Below, in pieces: positions 1 to 13,205 of a stretch of DNA of 64,000 nucleotides (position 1 is its first letter; each line of letters begins with the position of its first letter). The stretch spans positions 2,542,001 through 2,606,000 of the forward strand of contig NC_043026.1 in the NCBI RefSeq assembly GCF_006345805.1. Reading direction: 5' to 3'. The DNA comes from Octopus sinensis. Lineage: Eukaryota. Under the pieces are notes generated by a model, which worked only from the letters and a program-made list of their open reading frames with translations, had not been told where the DNA came from and made no database searches. Both the position numbers and the translations under genes were made by a program.

Positions 1-55
1 GCTCTGTCTCATATTTTTGTTTGCCCTAGCAGTTGTTTCTATCAATTTTTCTTGT

Positions 56-160
56 ATGTGTGTGTATGTGTGTGTGTATATATATATATATATACTTACA
101 TATATACATATATAATATATATTATATATATATATAATATAATATATATATATATATATA

Positions 161-205
<45 letters not shown>

Positions 206-279
206 TTATATATACTTACATATATACATATATATATATATATAATATATATATAATATAATATATATATATATATATA

Positions 280-316
<37 letters not shown>

Positions 317-376
317 ATATATATATATAATACATATATATATATATTATATATATATATATTATATATAATACAT

Positions 377-440
<64 letters not shown>

Positions 441-485
441 TTACATATAACATATATATATATAATACATATAATACATATATAT

Positions 486-524
<39 letters not shown>

Positions 525-566
525 CTGTATATATATATATAATACATATAATACATATATATAATA
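56..566. repeat. (TA)n-rich microsatellite
   Basis: Imperfect TA run; the IYIY ORFs here are artefacts of it. Confidence 0.95.
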
Positions 567-744
567 GTACGTTTATATATTTGTTGTGCAAGATTTTTTA
601 TGTGAAGTCGTGTGTTGAAACAGATATTGTTATATTTCGGAATGGTCATTTTGCCAGTTTAGCCAATAAAAACACACGCACTATATATTTGGTGTTACTT
701 TGCTTCAGTGTTATTTATTTTTTACATTAATCTTAATCTTATTC

Positions 745-789
745 GGCCAGAGTTCTTTCGTCACACTCCTGTGACCGCATCAGTGGTCC
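745..789 (-). ncRNA. Variant minimal type I hammerhead ribozyme-like motif in pLTR (copy 1)
   Basis: Minus strand reads GGACCA CUGAUGCG GUCACA-GGAG-UGUGAC GAAA GAAC UC UGGCC. Confidence 0.55.
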
Positions 790-1559
790 TTTGTTTTATT
801 CTTACTTATTTGTGTCTCTCCTTACTAACCATCAGCCATTTTGTATTTCTATTGTATGTCTTCATTTGCGCATAAGATGTATAGAGGGACGATGCAGTAA
901 CAAGACAACGACATACGTAGGGGAAAGGGCAAGAAGCATAGGAGAGCGGGTAAACAAACATTGGAGAGAACTCAAGGAAGGTAAAAGCTCATCGATTCTG
1001 TACCAACACACCGAACAGGAACACAGGGGATCAATCAACAACATAGAAATTTAAGTATTGTCCACACATAGAACAGATGCAACAATCAGACAAATTACAG
1101 AAGCTACACACATAATAGAAAATAAACCTAGCCTGAATAGGAAACTGGAATGGAACACTAGCACACACCACAACATATGACGGTAGAGGATCCCGAAAAC
1201 ATAATAAATGCACAGATAAATAAACAAATAGAAATAAATAACTATATGAGTTTTTTTTTTATTATTATTGCTAGTATTGTTGTTATACATACATACATAC
1301 AAGCAATGTAATGATAATAATAAGTGGTTGTAAACATGAACAAAATAAGAATAAACAAAAACAACAAAAACAAAATACAAATTACAAGAATGTATATAAC
1401 CAGAAGATACAAATTTTACAGGCATCCCCCCCACACACACACTAAATAAACATAGACGCACATAGAGATATAAGCATGCGCAAATGAAGACATACAATAG
1501 AAATACAAAATGGCTGACGGTTAGTAAGGAGAGACACAAGTAAGTGAGAAGAAAACAAA

Positions 1560-1604
1560 GGACCACTGATGCGGTCACAGGAGTGTGACGAAAGAACTTT
1601 GGCC
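1560..1604 (+). ncRNA. Variant minimal type I hammerhead ribozyme-like motif in pLTR (copy 2)
   Basis: GGACCA CTGATGCG GTCACA-GGAG-TGTGAC GAAA GAAC TT TGGCC. Confidence 0.55.
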
Positions 1605-1799
1605 GAAATAAGATTAAGATTAATGTAAATAATAAATATCACTGAAGCAAAATAACACCAAATATATAGTGCGTGTGTTTTTATTGGCTAAACTGGCAAA
1701 ATGACCATTCCGAAATATAACAATATCTGTTTCAACACATGACTTCACATAAAAAATCTTGCACAACAAATATATAAACGATATATATATATATATATG

Positions 1800-4235
1800 T
1801 ATCATCATCATCATCATCATTTAACGTCCGCTTTCCATGCTGGCATGGGTTGGACGGTTCAACTTCGGTCTGGGAAGCCGGAAGGCTGCACCAGGCCAAG
1901 TCTGATCTGGCAGTATTTCTATAGCTGGATGCCCTTCCTAATGCCAACCACTCCGTGAGTGTTAGTGGGTGCTTTTTACGTGCCACCGGCACGGGGACCA
2001 GACGAAGCTGGCAACAGCCACGGTCAGATGGTGCTTTTTACGTGCCACCAGCACGGAGGCCAGGCGGGCGGCGCTGGCTACGGCCACGTTCGGATGGTTC
2101 TCTTACGTGCCACCGGCACTGGTATTACAGCTACAAATTCCATTGATGTTGATAGATGACGATTTTGATTTTGATTTTAATTTTCACTTGCCTCAACAGG
2201 TCTTCACAAGTGGAGTTTTGTGTCCCAAGAAGGAAAGGTATTCACAGGTAGACTGACTACGTCCCAGGTAGAGAACATGGGTTATGGCCTCACTTGCCTG
2301 CCGGGTCTTCTCACGCAGAGCATACTTCCATAGGTCTCGGTCTCTCAGTGAGACCTAAAGTTCGAAGGTCGTGCTTCACCACCTCATCGCAGGTTTTCCC
2401 GGGTCTACCTCTTCCACAGGTTCCCTCAACCGCTAGGGTGTGGCACTTTTTCACACAGCTATCCTCATCCATTCTTGCAATATGACCATACCAGTGCAGT
2501 CGTCTTTTGCACACCCCATCTGCTGCTTCTTAGGACCAATATTTCTCTCAAGGTACTTACACTCTGTCGAGTATGCACACTGACATTACATATCCATCAG
2601 ATCATACTGGTTTCATTCCTTGCGAGCTTACGCATGTCCTCAGCAGTCACAGCCAATGTTTCACTACCATGTAGCATGGCTGTTCGTACACATGCGTCAT
2701 ACAGTCTACCTTTTACTCTGAGCGAGAGGCCTTTTGTCCCTAACGGAGGCAAGAGCTCCCTGAACTTTGCCCAGGCTATTCTTACTCTAGCAGTTACACT
2801 TTCTGCGCACCTGCCCCTGCTGCTGACTTGGTCACCTAGGTAACGGAAGCTATCAACTATTTCTAGTTTTTCTCCCTGGAATGTAGTGGAAGATGGTCTC
2901 TGCGTATTTTCAGTGTTTATTACTCCCGAGCATCTGCCACATACAAAAACTATTTTCCTAGTTTGCCTTCTTTTGACATTGCTGCACCTCTTATGTGTCC
3001 ATAGCTTACACTGGGTACATCTTATAGAGTTTCTACCTACACTTTTCTTACAGATCGAGCAGGGCCATCTACCTGAGGGTGTTTGTGATTTGTCTATCTT
3101 CCTTCTTATTAGAACTTTGGTTTTAGCTAGGTTGACTCTAAGGCCCTTCGATTCTAATCCTTGCTTCCACACCTGAAACTTCTCCTCCAGTTCTGATAGT
3201 GACTCAGCGATTAGGGCAAGGTCATCAGCATAGAGGAGCTCCCCAGGGAAACCTGTCTTGAATTCCTCCGTTATTGCTTGGAGGACTATGATAAATAGGA
3301 GGGGACTGAGGACTGAACCTTGGTGGACCCCAACCTCTACCCGGAATTCTTCACTGTACTCGATGCCAAACCTCACCTTACTAGCAGCGTCTCTGTACAT
3401 GGCTTTCACAGCTCTCATTAACCATTCATCTATCCCTAGTTTCCCCATTGACCACCAGATAAGGGATCGGGGGACCCTGTCAAAGGCTTTCTCCATGTCA
3501 ACGAAAGCCAGGTACAGAGGTTTATCTTTGGCTAGGTATTTCTCCTGCAGCTGTCTCACCAGAAATATGGCATCAGTGGTGCTTTTCCCTGGCACTAATC
3601 CAAACTGCATCTCGTCCAAGTTGACTCTCTCCCTAATCAGTTGGGCTATGACCCTCTCCGTAAACTTCATTACCTGATCCAGCAGCTTGATACCCCTGTA
3701 ATTATTTGTATCTAGGGTGTCACCTTTACCTTTGTAGCAGTTGACTATTATGCTGCTACACCAGTCATTGGGTATGACTCCCTCGTGTATCACCTGGTTA
3801 ACTATACAGGTGACTAGGCTACAGCCGACACTGCCAGATATTTTGAGCATCTCTGCAGTAATTCCTGATGGGCCTGGGGCTTTCCCTGTCTTCATGCTTC
3901 TAATTGCCTTAAATACCAAAGAACTGTCGACTCGGATAACTGGTCCCTCTATTGGGTCGACATTCGGCAGACTCTCTTTATCCCATTCATTTTCTTTATT
4001 CAGCAACCTTTCATAGTGGCATCTCCAAACCTCTCTCTTTGCATCCTTATTTAGCGCAAGTGAACCATCATCCATGCGGACACATTTCTCTCCTACTACA
4101 TCATGATTCTCTCTCACACACTGTCTTGCAACACGAAATACCGCAAGTCTTTGGTCCTCACGGCTCAGAACATTGGCAAATTTTTTCTTATCTGCTTCCC
4201 CTCTGGCTAAATAAACCTGTCTCCTAGCTTCCTTC
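1800..4235 (-). mobile_element. RTE-clade LINE, 5'-truncated, with 3' UTR and (GAT)n tail
   Basis: RT ORF at 2597-4117, degenerate C-terminus (RRLHWYGHIARM...GRGRPGK) at 2311-2514, and a 3' end ...GGACGTTAAATGATGATGAT on the minus strand. Confidence 0.92.
2597..4117 (-). pseudogene. RTE reverse transcriptase (partial ORF2) with embedded PHD-like finger
   Basis: Motifs KAPGPSG, NYRGIKLL, AFVDMEKAFDRV, GVHQGSVLSP, LLYADD, FRYLG; premature TGA at 2597. Confidence 0.9.
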
Positions 4236-4394
4236 CAAACTACTGAAATTAACTGTAGTTTGTAATTCTATGGCTGTCTATCAACAAATGAACAACAGGT
4301 CCATTTAACTGCAGCACTTCATATGCTAGAAACAACAGCAAGACTTTAGCAAACATGTATATGAAGACAGAGAAAGAGAAGGGGCAATTTTGAT

Positions 4395-4740
4395 GTAATC
4401 ACCCCAAACAACCCCTCAAAACTTTTTCCTTTTTGTGAATTTTTAGAAGAGTTTTGTAAATTTGTTCTAAACACAGGAATTGATACAGTTATGCAAAAGT
4501 GAAAAGAAAAGATAGTTTTTGTGTTTTTTAAGGGCTATTTAGCTGTTATTTTTAGCATATCGCATGACCACTTGATACCCTCCTTGTTTGTTTCTCACTC
4601 TTACGTATTGATGTTTTCATTATCTTTCAATAAATTCATTTAATGGTCTTTTGATGGGATTTAAGCACAAAGTCCAGACTGTCCATTTTTTTAATTTCAA
4701 AATATTAAAACAGAATTTCCTGGAAACTGAAAAAATCAAA
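4395..4740. repeat. Unclassified dispersed repeat, related to ~45960-46270
   Basis: Both loci share GGAATTGATACA and TTTAGCTGTT..TTTTAGCA blocks. Confidence 0.45.
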
Positions 4741-4747
4741 ACTGTTA

Positions 4748-4781
<34 letters not shown>

Positions 4782-5141
4782 AATATATATATATATATAC
4801 GTATATATTTCTGTTCAAACATACTCATAGGTACATACGTATTATATGTGTTTAGAAGGGAGGATAAGTGCAGTAGTTTGTATCGTTATAATTATGTAAT
4901 ATAATTAGAACAATAATACACAAACTTATATATGTTTTCCTATAAACGTGATACGTTTATTTGTCCGTTATTTTTTGCTTTCTGCAGAAGTTGAAATCTT
5001 GCGGGAAGTGGGGGAGGGGGTGTGTGTTTTCAGGTACTTAATCTAATTGGTCATCAATTGTTTTGAATTGCTTTGCTTCAGTTGTGGTGGGTTAATTGAT
5101 AAACGATGAAATAAAACAAATCAGGCAAGTATATATGTATA

Positions 5142-5182
<41 letters not shown>

Positions 5183-5423
5183 CACATACATACACATACA
5201 TATATAAAATGTATATAAATAAAACAAAAACAAAACAAAATGTTGGTGAATTCATATTTACATATATATATATATATACACACATGTACACACACACATA
5301 TATATATGAATTTAGGGTTAAAGTGATATACTAAGGGGATATTATTTTGATATAATACATATGAGAGATTAGTTATTACAAATTTATTTTAAAAAGCCCT
5401 TATATAATATTAGGGGGAAATTA

Positions 5424-6187
5424 TCTCTCTATATATAAATGGCTGTTTGTCTGTCTGTGTGTCTGTCAGGTTGTACCCTCACCCTGACCACGGCTTTCAA
5501 CCGATTCTGATGAAACTTGACACACACATAGCCCAATGTCATAATTCAAAACTAACGCAGTGAAAACTTTGAAAAGTTCCCCCAGTTCTGAAAATAATCG
5601 ATAAATTCGACATAGGGTCAAGAATCTAAGCTTTTTATATGCAACACATTTTCTGTTGTAGGCGCCCATTATGCTCATCAGTAATTTAGTTCCACATAAA
5701 TAGTGCAACGGCACACGTCTGGTTGTGAAACATTTGGCACCACATTTAATAAAGGCCACAATACTTACCGGTTGTGGGAAGGGAGAGGACGTCTTCATTC
5801 CACGCATGCACCTTCAACCGTCGGGCGCTGACCTACCAATCCACTTCAGGCGTTCTCAGTTTCCTGTTAAACTCTGCTTCGCAATGTCCATCAATAAAAC
5901 CCAAGGCCAAACACTACAAGTCACTGGGTTACATTTGGGCGAACAGTGCTTCGCCCATGGTCAACTCTACGTGGGCTGTTCACGCGTTGGGAGGCGCAAT
6001 GATGTTTTCAGGTTTTCGCCCAAAGGGACAGCTAGGAACATCGTATACACAGAAGTATTCGAGTGAAGAGAAGACATTGCAACCTACACATGCGCCTTCG
6101 TTCCCAGAGGGAAAGGACTAGATTGGGATTAGTCGCTGCCTACTAGGGGCTCTTACATACCCGGGCAACGCCGGGCTATGCTGCTAG
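5424..6187 (+). mobile_element. Internally deleted Helitron with PIF1-like helicase C-terminal fragment
   Basis: 5' A|TC and 3' CTAG|T ends; subterminal hairpin CCCGGGCAACGCCGGG; ORF 5725-6066 RRSQFPVKLCFAMSINKTQGQTL...FAHGQLYVGCSRV. Confidence 0.9.
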
Positions 6188-7093
6188 TTTAATATAATAT
6201 ATAAGAGAGGTAAATTATTACAAATTTATTAAAAAAAACCTTTGTACGATATTATATGTATAAGTTTAACTATGTGAATCATTAATATATTTACTAACTT
6301 ATATGGGTACTATATGGTTAAAATACATGCCGGAAACCAGTTGGACCAAACTGAGGGGACAAAACATCAAAAGTGACCATATATATCATCTCAACATGTT
6401 GTTGTTAATCGCTAAAATTACGCCCAGAATTCAATCTCCGAATCCTCACATATTCTCTTCTCTATATAACTATACCTACATATTACCAAATTATACTCAT
6501 TATCATTAAAAATATTTCCAAAATCTATTATATGTGACAAATTGTTTCAAATGCAAGACTCCATCTGCCAAATGCCTAAAAGGCAAGATTCCATGTAATC
6601 TTGTTAAGTGACTTAATTAATAAACTCCTTAGTCATTTAGATGTGTGTATGAATGAATGTATGATGGACTCGCTGGTTGAAAGCAACATAGGAGCATTCA
6701 TCTTTTGCCCAACGGCCTGCACAAGCAATTTGTTTATAGTGATGAAATGTTCATGCTGTACTTTAGCTCACTCTCTCCATCAAATCGATGTTTACCTGAA
6801 CAGGTGCGCAGTGTACCACACATGAGGTGTTGAAGTGATGGCAAAGCAACACGAGACGAAGTGCTTTGCTCAAGAACACAACACAGCACCCGGTAAAGGA
6901 AGTGAATTCACAAAATTGCTTCCATTTCCTTTTCTTTCTAAGTAAATATGACTGCAATGAATCTAATGAAAATCTTCAATAATCAATTCTATATTACACA
7001 GAAATTATTTTTGGGGCAAAAATAGTAAGGCATGCATTGCATATATACACCCTTCACCCCTGATATATATATTATATATATATATATATATAT

Positions 7094-7143
<50 letters not shown>

Positions 7144-7169
7144 AAATAATACATGCACACATATATTTG

Positions 7170-7545
7170 AATTTTGGCATTGAAAAGCTACACCAATGCC
7201 AGAACGGGATTTTACTACATATTGCCAAAAAAACCCAGCAATGCCATCACGCTTCAGGACCAGTTACTGCAACAGCCGGGTTTCAGGGGCCCACAGCTTT
7301 TTAATATTCTCCCAAAGAACCTGAAGAACTTGCACGAAGTAGATGTAGGAGATTTTAAATCAAAGCTGGACCTCTTCCTGTCGAGAATCCCAGAGCGACC
7401 TACCTCACGGCCAGAGGTGTAAATGAGGGTGGCTACATCAAACTCCATTCCTCACGAAGTGCCACATATTGGAGGAGGCACTCAGTAATAACAGTGTAGC
7501 AAAACAGCAGTTGCTCCCATGACCACAGCTCTGAGCTAAAACAAC
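7170..7545 (+). mobile_element. CR1/Jockey-group LINE 3' fragment (copy A of local duplication)
   Basis: FRGPQLFNILPKNLKNL...FKSKLDLFLSRIP; homologous to 33795-34175. Confidence 0.75.
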
Positions 7546-8450
7546 AGAAATTAATATATATATATAATGCATATGTGTGTGTATAAAACATACATATAGA
7601 TACTACATACATATGTGATGGTGGCACGTAAAGAGCATCATTCAAGCATGCTTGAACCAGGACTGCCTAGCTGGCCCTCATGACAGTGGCACATAAAAAG
7701 CACCCACTACAATCCTGGAGTGGTTGGCATTAGGAATGGTGTCTAGCTGCAGAAACTTTGCCAGATCAGATTGGGGTCTGGCTCGCCAACCCTCACTCAA
7801 ACCGTCAAACTCATGCCAGCATGGAAGCAGATGTTAAAGACGACGATGATGATGATGATACATATATATCTGTATGTATGTATGTATTTGTAACCCTCTT
7901 AGACATGCCAGTGGTCCCTCAGACAGCCATAGTTACCAGCTATGCTGACGATACAAAATTATCAGAGAGAGCTGCAAGACCATGGTGGTGCTCCAGCATG
8001 ACCACAGCTACATGTGTAAAGAAATGTGTAAAAGAATAATATATCTGTGCGTGTGTGTATTATGAAACCGTATCAAAACTTTCCTGAGTCATTGACTCAC
8101 ACAGCACAAATTATCGACTCATAAGGCCGGTTTCCCTTATTCTGTCATGTATATGTTTCCCCCAATGATGAGGAAGGTGGGCCATCGTTGGATTCCTTGT
8201 TTTTACTAGCCGAATAAATTAGGGGAAGTGGAATGAAGAGTGTTGCTCAAGAAAACAATCTATCACCCAATCCAGGAATTGAAACCTTAATCTTAGTATC
8301 ATGAGTGCAACACACTAGAAATGTGCATCCACACACTCGCACAGACACACATACACAAACACACATGTACAGGGGTATAAATATACACAAGTATACACCC
8401 TTATATATACATATATAATTAAACATACATATATACACATAAATACATAA
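7170..8450 (+). repeat. Local duplication, copy A (copy B spans 9835-12440)
   Basis: Same order and near identity of LINE fragment, RTE 3' UTR piece and downstream blocks in both copies. Confidence 0.85.
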
Positions 8451-8837
8451 ACAGACACTCTTATATATATACACACACTCCTTCTTTCCTGGGCGTCGAA
8501 TAACACTATACTTGTTCCACGTCCACGTGTTGTTACACACACAGTAATACTTTTTAACTTAAATTTTTTCGCAGGCCACTTGTTGAACAGGTATCATCCA
8601 ACAAAAGCTTTCTAAGAAAGTCTTTTATCTGAATGCTTATCAAAGTCAAAAATAACAATTACCAATTTTTACTTCCCATTCACTCACCAAATTTATATAC
8701 ATAAATTTGAGTTTTGCAATTTCCAAACAAATACACTCATACACCCATTTACACATACCCACCTGCACATTTTCATTCTTTTAACTCAACAAACCACCTC
8801 CATTGTGTATACCTTCCATTTTTTATTTTTTTAAGAT

Positions 8838-9260
8838 CGTGGCCATGCTGGGGCACCGCATTTTATTAAGATTTTGTCAAACTTGTTGACCCAAGAACTA
8901 AATTTTTTTAAGCTTGTTCTAAGGGACTCTTTTCCAAACTGTTAACTTATGGGGATATAAACACACACTCACCGGTTGCCAAGCAGTGAGAGGGGGAACA
9001 GATATAGACAAAGATACACTCTCACAGGCAGATGCACACACAGATGTGCACTCGCATGCACACACATAGACATATCGATTTCTATATATGTGCACACATA
9101 TATAAGGTGGGCTTCTTTTAGTTTCCATTTACCAAATCCAAACAAGGGTTTAACTGCCCTGTGACTGTAGCGGAAGACACTTGCTGAAGGTGCCACACCA
9201 TGGGGCTGAACCCAGAACCATGTGGTTGGGAAGCACATTTCTTACCACACAGACATGCCT
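8838..9260 (-). mobile_element. tRNA-derived SINE with internal microsatellite
   Basis: Reverse complement of the family at 10237-10645. Confidence 0.75.
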
Positions 9261-9294
9261 GAACACACACACACATAGCTTTTTTTTTCCATAA

Positions 9295-9640
9295 TAAGTT
9301 TACTTACCAAGCACATGGTCCCAGGTTCAGTCCCACTACATGGCACCTTGGGCAAGTGACTGCTACTCTATCCTCAGGCCAACCAAGGCCTTGCGAATAG
9401 AATTGGTAGACGGAAACTGACAGAGGCCCGTTGCACATATATATATATATGTGTGTGTGTGTGTGTATGTGTGTGTCTCTCTGTCTTCATAACTAAGCAG
9501 TTCAGCAAAAGGTACCGATAGAATAAGTTCCAGACTCAGAAAGAAAATAAGTGCAGTGTCTGTCCATTTGAATAGCAAAGAATACCCCAAGGTGGTGCCC
9601 CAGCTTGGCCGTAGTTTAATGACTGGATCAAGTAAAAGAT
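9295..9640 (+). mobile_element. tRNA-derived SINE, same family
   Basis: GGTTCAGTCCCACT...GGCACCTTGGGCAAGTG head and GATAGAATAAGT...GCCGTAGTTTAATGACTG tail. Confidence 0.75.
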
Positions 9641-10236
9641 CAACATACACATACATAAGTATATGCATAAGTGTTTTTGTGTTTGTGTGTGTGTATGTGT
9701 ATATATATATATATATATACATGCTTATGTTCACACATAAGTAAACATATGCACGTATATGATCTTTACGTACTTATAAGTGTGTGTGTGCGTGTGTGTG
9801 TTTATACATATATATGTATGCATGTATATAAATTATGGCATTGAAAAGCTACACCAATGCCAGAACGGGATTTTACTACATATTGCCAAAAAAACCCAGC
9901 AATGCCATCACGCTTCAGGACCAGTTACTGCAACAGCCTGAGTTTCAGGGGCCCACAGCTTTTTAATATTCTCCCAAAGAGCCTGAAGAACTTGGACAAA
10001 GTAGATGTAGGAGATTTGAAATCAAAGCTGGACCTCTTCCTGTCGATAATCCCAGATCAACCTACCTCACGGCCAGAGGTGTAACTGAGGGTGGCTACAT
10101 CAAACTCCATTCTTCACCAAGTGCCACATATTTGAGGAGGCTCTCAGTAATAACAGTGTCGCAAAGCAGCATTGCATCAGCATGGCCACAACTCTGTGCT
10201 GAAACTACAGAAAAAAAAAATATGTATATATATATA

Positions 10237-10645
10237 TGGCTGTGTGGTAAGTAGCTTGCTTACCAACCACATGCTTCCGGGTTCAATCCCACTGCATGGC
10301 ACCTTGGACAAGTGTCTTCTACTATAGCCTCGGGCCCGACCAAAGCCTTGTGAGTGGATTTGGCAGACGGAAACTGAAAAGAAGCCCGTCGTATATAGAT
10401 TATATCTATAATATATATATATATATATATATGCATGTGTGTGTTTGTGTGTCTGTGTTTGTCCCCCTAGCATTGCTTGACAACGATGCCGGTTGTGTTT
10501 ATGTCCCCGTTACTTAGCGGTTCTCCAAAAGAGACCGATAGAATAAGTACTGGGCTTACAAAGGAATAAGTCCCAGAGTCGATTTGCTCGACTACAGGCA
10601 GTGCTCCAGCTGGCCACAGTCAAATGACTGAAACAAGTAAGAGTA
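10237..10645 (+). mobile_element. Full-length tRNA-derived SINE (dominant family in window)
   Basis: A-box-like GGCTGTGTGGTAAG, B-box GGTTCAATCC, central TA/TG microsatellite, conserved tail ending AAATGACTGAAACAAG. Confidence 0.85.
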
Positions 10646-11142
10646 TATATATATAATACATATGTGTGTGTATACATACAAACCACACACACACACACAG
10701 ATATATATATACATATATAAAATTAAATAAGGGTAGAAATTGATATTTATCCAATTAAAACCAGTGGCTTAGTATATTCTTAAAAATCTGAAGATTAACA
10801 ATTGCGTTGCATAGAAAATTTAGAGGACTGACCACTAAAAGTGGACAGCTATATGCTAAAATAGATGTCAAATCACCATTACCACGAAGAAGACTGTGTT
10901 CTCAAGAAACCAAAAGGTAAAAATAAGCAAAGACAATGAAAATATACGAAATAAAAACGATTACCTATGTACCATCGGTTTTGCTGAGAATTTTATTGGG
11001 ACCACACTGTTCGCGGTAATGGTGATTTGACGTCTATGGTTTGCATATACTCTGTCCAGTTTTAGTGTACCATATAATATAATAAATTTTGTGTCTATAG
11101 ATAATTATAATACATACATAATATATAGATATATACTACATA

Positions 11143-11519
11143 CACTTGCGTCAGAAATTAATTAGCCTTCTCAATTTCTACATAAATAGGTTAAATCAAT
11201 AACCTATGAGCTGTTCAAAACGTCTTACGCGATGAGTAAAACTTAGTATGGTGTGATTTCGGTCCTTGCGAGGCGCTACCTATATCTATTAAACAAGGAA
11301 GATTTGTCTGCATCCGCACTCCAAGTTGTTGTTTGCACTGCTATGTCAACATCATAAGGCTGTAGACTCTCCAAACTGCTCTGCAAACAAAGTTACGTCT
11401 CGTTCTGCGCAACAGTGAACTCGCAACAAAGCCAAACGTTCGAGATATGGCCACTAGGTGACAGCACATACCTTGAGTCAGAGCAAATCAAGGGTGCTAA
11501 TTAATTTCTGACGGTAGTG
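11143..11519. mobile_element. Tc1/mariner-type MITE (~377 bp)
   Basis: TIRs CACTTGCGTCAGAAATTAATTAGC / GCTAATTAATTTCTGACGGTAGTG, flanked by TA; absent at the paralogous site near 7610. Confidence 0.85.
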
Positions 11520-12544
11520 TATGTGATGGTGGCACGTAAAGAGCATCATTCAAGCATGCTTGATGCCAGCACTGCCAGGCTGGCCTTCATGCCAGTGGCA
11601 CATAAAAAGCACCCACTACAATCCCGGAGTGGTTGGCATTAGGAATGGCGTCTAACTGCAAAATCTTAGCCAGATCAGATTGGGGTCTGGTGCAGGGGTC
11701 TGGCTTGCCAACCCTCTCTCACACCGTCCAACTCATGCCAGCATTGAAAGCAGACATTGAAGACGATGATGATGATGATGGTGATACATATATATCTGTA
11801 TGTATGTATGTACTTGTAGCCCTCTTAGACATGCCAGTGGCCCCTCAGACAGCCATAGTTACCAGCTATGCTAACGATACAAAATTATCAGAGGCAATTA
11901 AAAAAAATCAAAGATGACATCGCAAGATTACAGCTGGGGCAAACGACTGAGAAAAGCTGCAAGACCATGATGGTGCTCCAGCATGACCACAGCTGCTGCA
12001 TGTGTAAAGAAATGTGTAAAAGAATAATATATCTGTGCGTGTGTGTATTATGAAACCGTATCAAAACTTTCCTGAGTCATTGACCACACAGCACAAATTA
12101 TCGACTCAAGGACGGTTTCCCTTATTATGTCATGTATATATTTCACCCAATGAGAGAGGGCAGGGGTGGCATCGTTGGATTCCTTGATTTTACTAGCCGA
12201 ATAAATTGGGGGAAGTGGAATGAAGAGTGTTGCTCAAGAAAACAATCTATCACCCAATCCAGGAATTGAAACCTTAATCTTAGTATCATGAGTGCAACAC
12301 ACTAGAAATGTGCATCCACACACTCGCACAGACCAACATACACAAACACACATGTACAGGGGTATAAATATACACAAGTATACACCCTTATGTATACATA
12401 TATAATTAAACATATATATATACACATAAATACATACACACACACAGTTACATTAAATATATATATATTTATGTATGTTATATATATATGTATATATAAA
12501 TACATAAATACCTACATATATACATGTACACGTAATATAAATAA

Positions 12545-12575
<31 letters not shown>

Positions 12576-12981
12576 CACACATTTATATACATACGTATAT
12601 ATATATATATACATATATATATACACACACATACATATATACATACATACATATAATATACATACATATATATATATACATACATAAAATATATATATGT
12701 ATAATATATATATAATATATAATATATAGTAGAAATATGTTACGAAAAGAAAATATTAAAATACACGTGGAAATGCAAGGGTAAAATATGAAGAAGAATC
12801 AACGAAAATGCATATTGCAAATAGAAAAAGGCTATTTATGACACGGTAGCGACAAATATATATTATTTAGATTGACTGAGGTAGTAATACGGTCATAAAG
12901 GTCATTGTTATGAGATGATTATAAGATGATAATAAAGAGAACAAAACGAACCAATATATATATATATACATATATAATATA

Positions 12982-13036
<55 letters not shown>

Positions 13037-13205
13037 TATACATATATACAAAGAGCAATAAAGATTCAAGTTAATTTAAAATGAATTTACTTGAATATGG
13101 TACCTAACTTAGATGCACCAAAAAAAACTATACTGATTTAACAATACAGTAATGCGGGGTGAGGGTGATTATAAGCGAAGAAAGAAGCAACAAGAATGGA
13201 TAGGT

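Larger units (their letters stand above)
567..1781 (+). mobile_element. 5'-truncated Penelope-like element: GIY-YIG endonuclease remnant between inverted ~305-bp pLTR copies
   Basis: ~567-873 is the reverse complement of ~1476-1781. The interior reads C..GRC...TYVGERARSIGERVNKH...LYQHTEQEH...(stop)...RQITEATHIIENKPSLNRK, a PLE GIY-YIG C-terminus. (TA)n on both sides. Confidence 0.85.
9835..12440 (+). repeat. Local duplication, copy B, with extra insertions
   Basis: Matches 7170-8450 except for an extra SINE, the ~10720-11100 block and a MITE. Confidence 0.85.

Noticed and set aside
52-649. Many IYIY/CVCV/HTHT ORFs here and throughout the window
   Set aside because: Translations of TA, TG and CA microsatellites
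10788-10826. CTGAAGA...GAAA hammerhead-like words
   Set aside because: No supporting stem II or stem III
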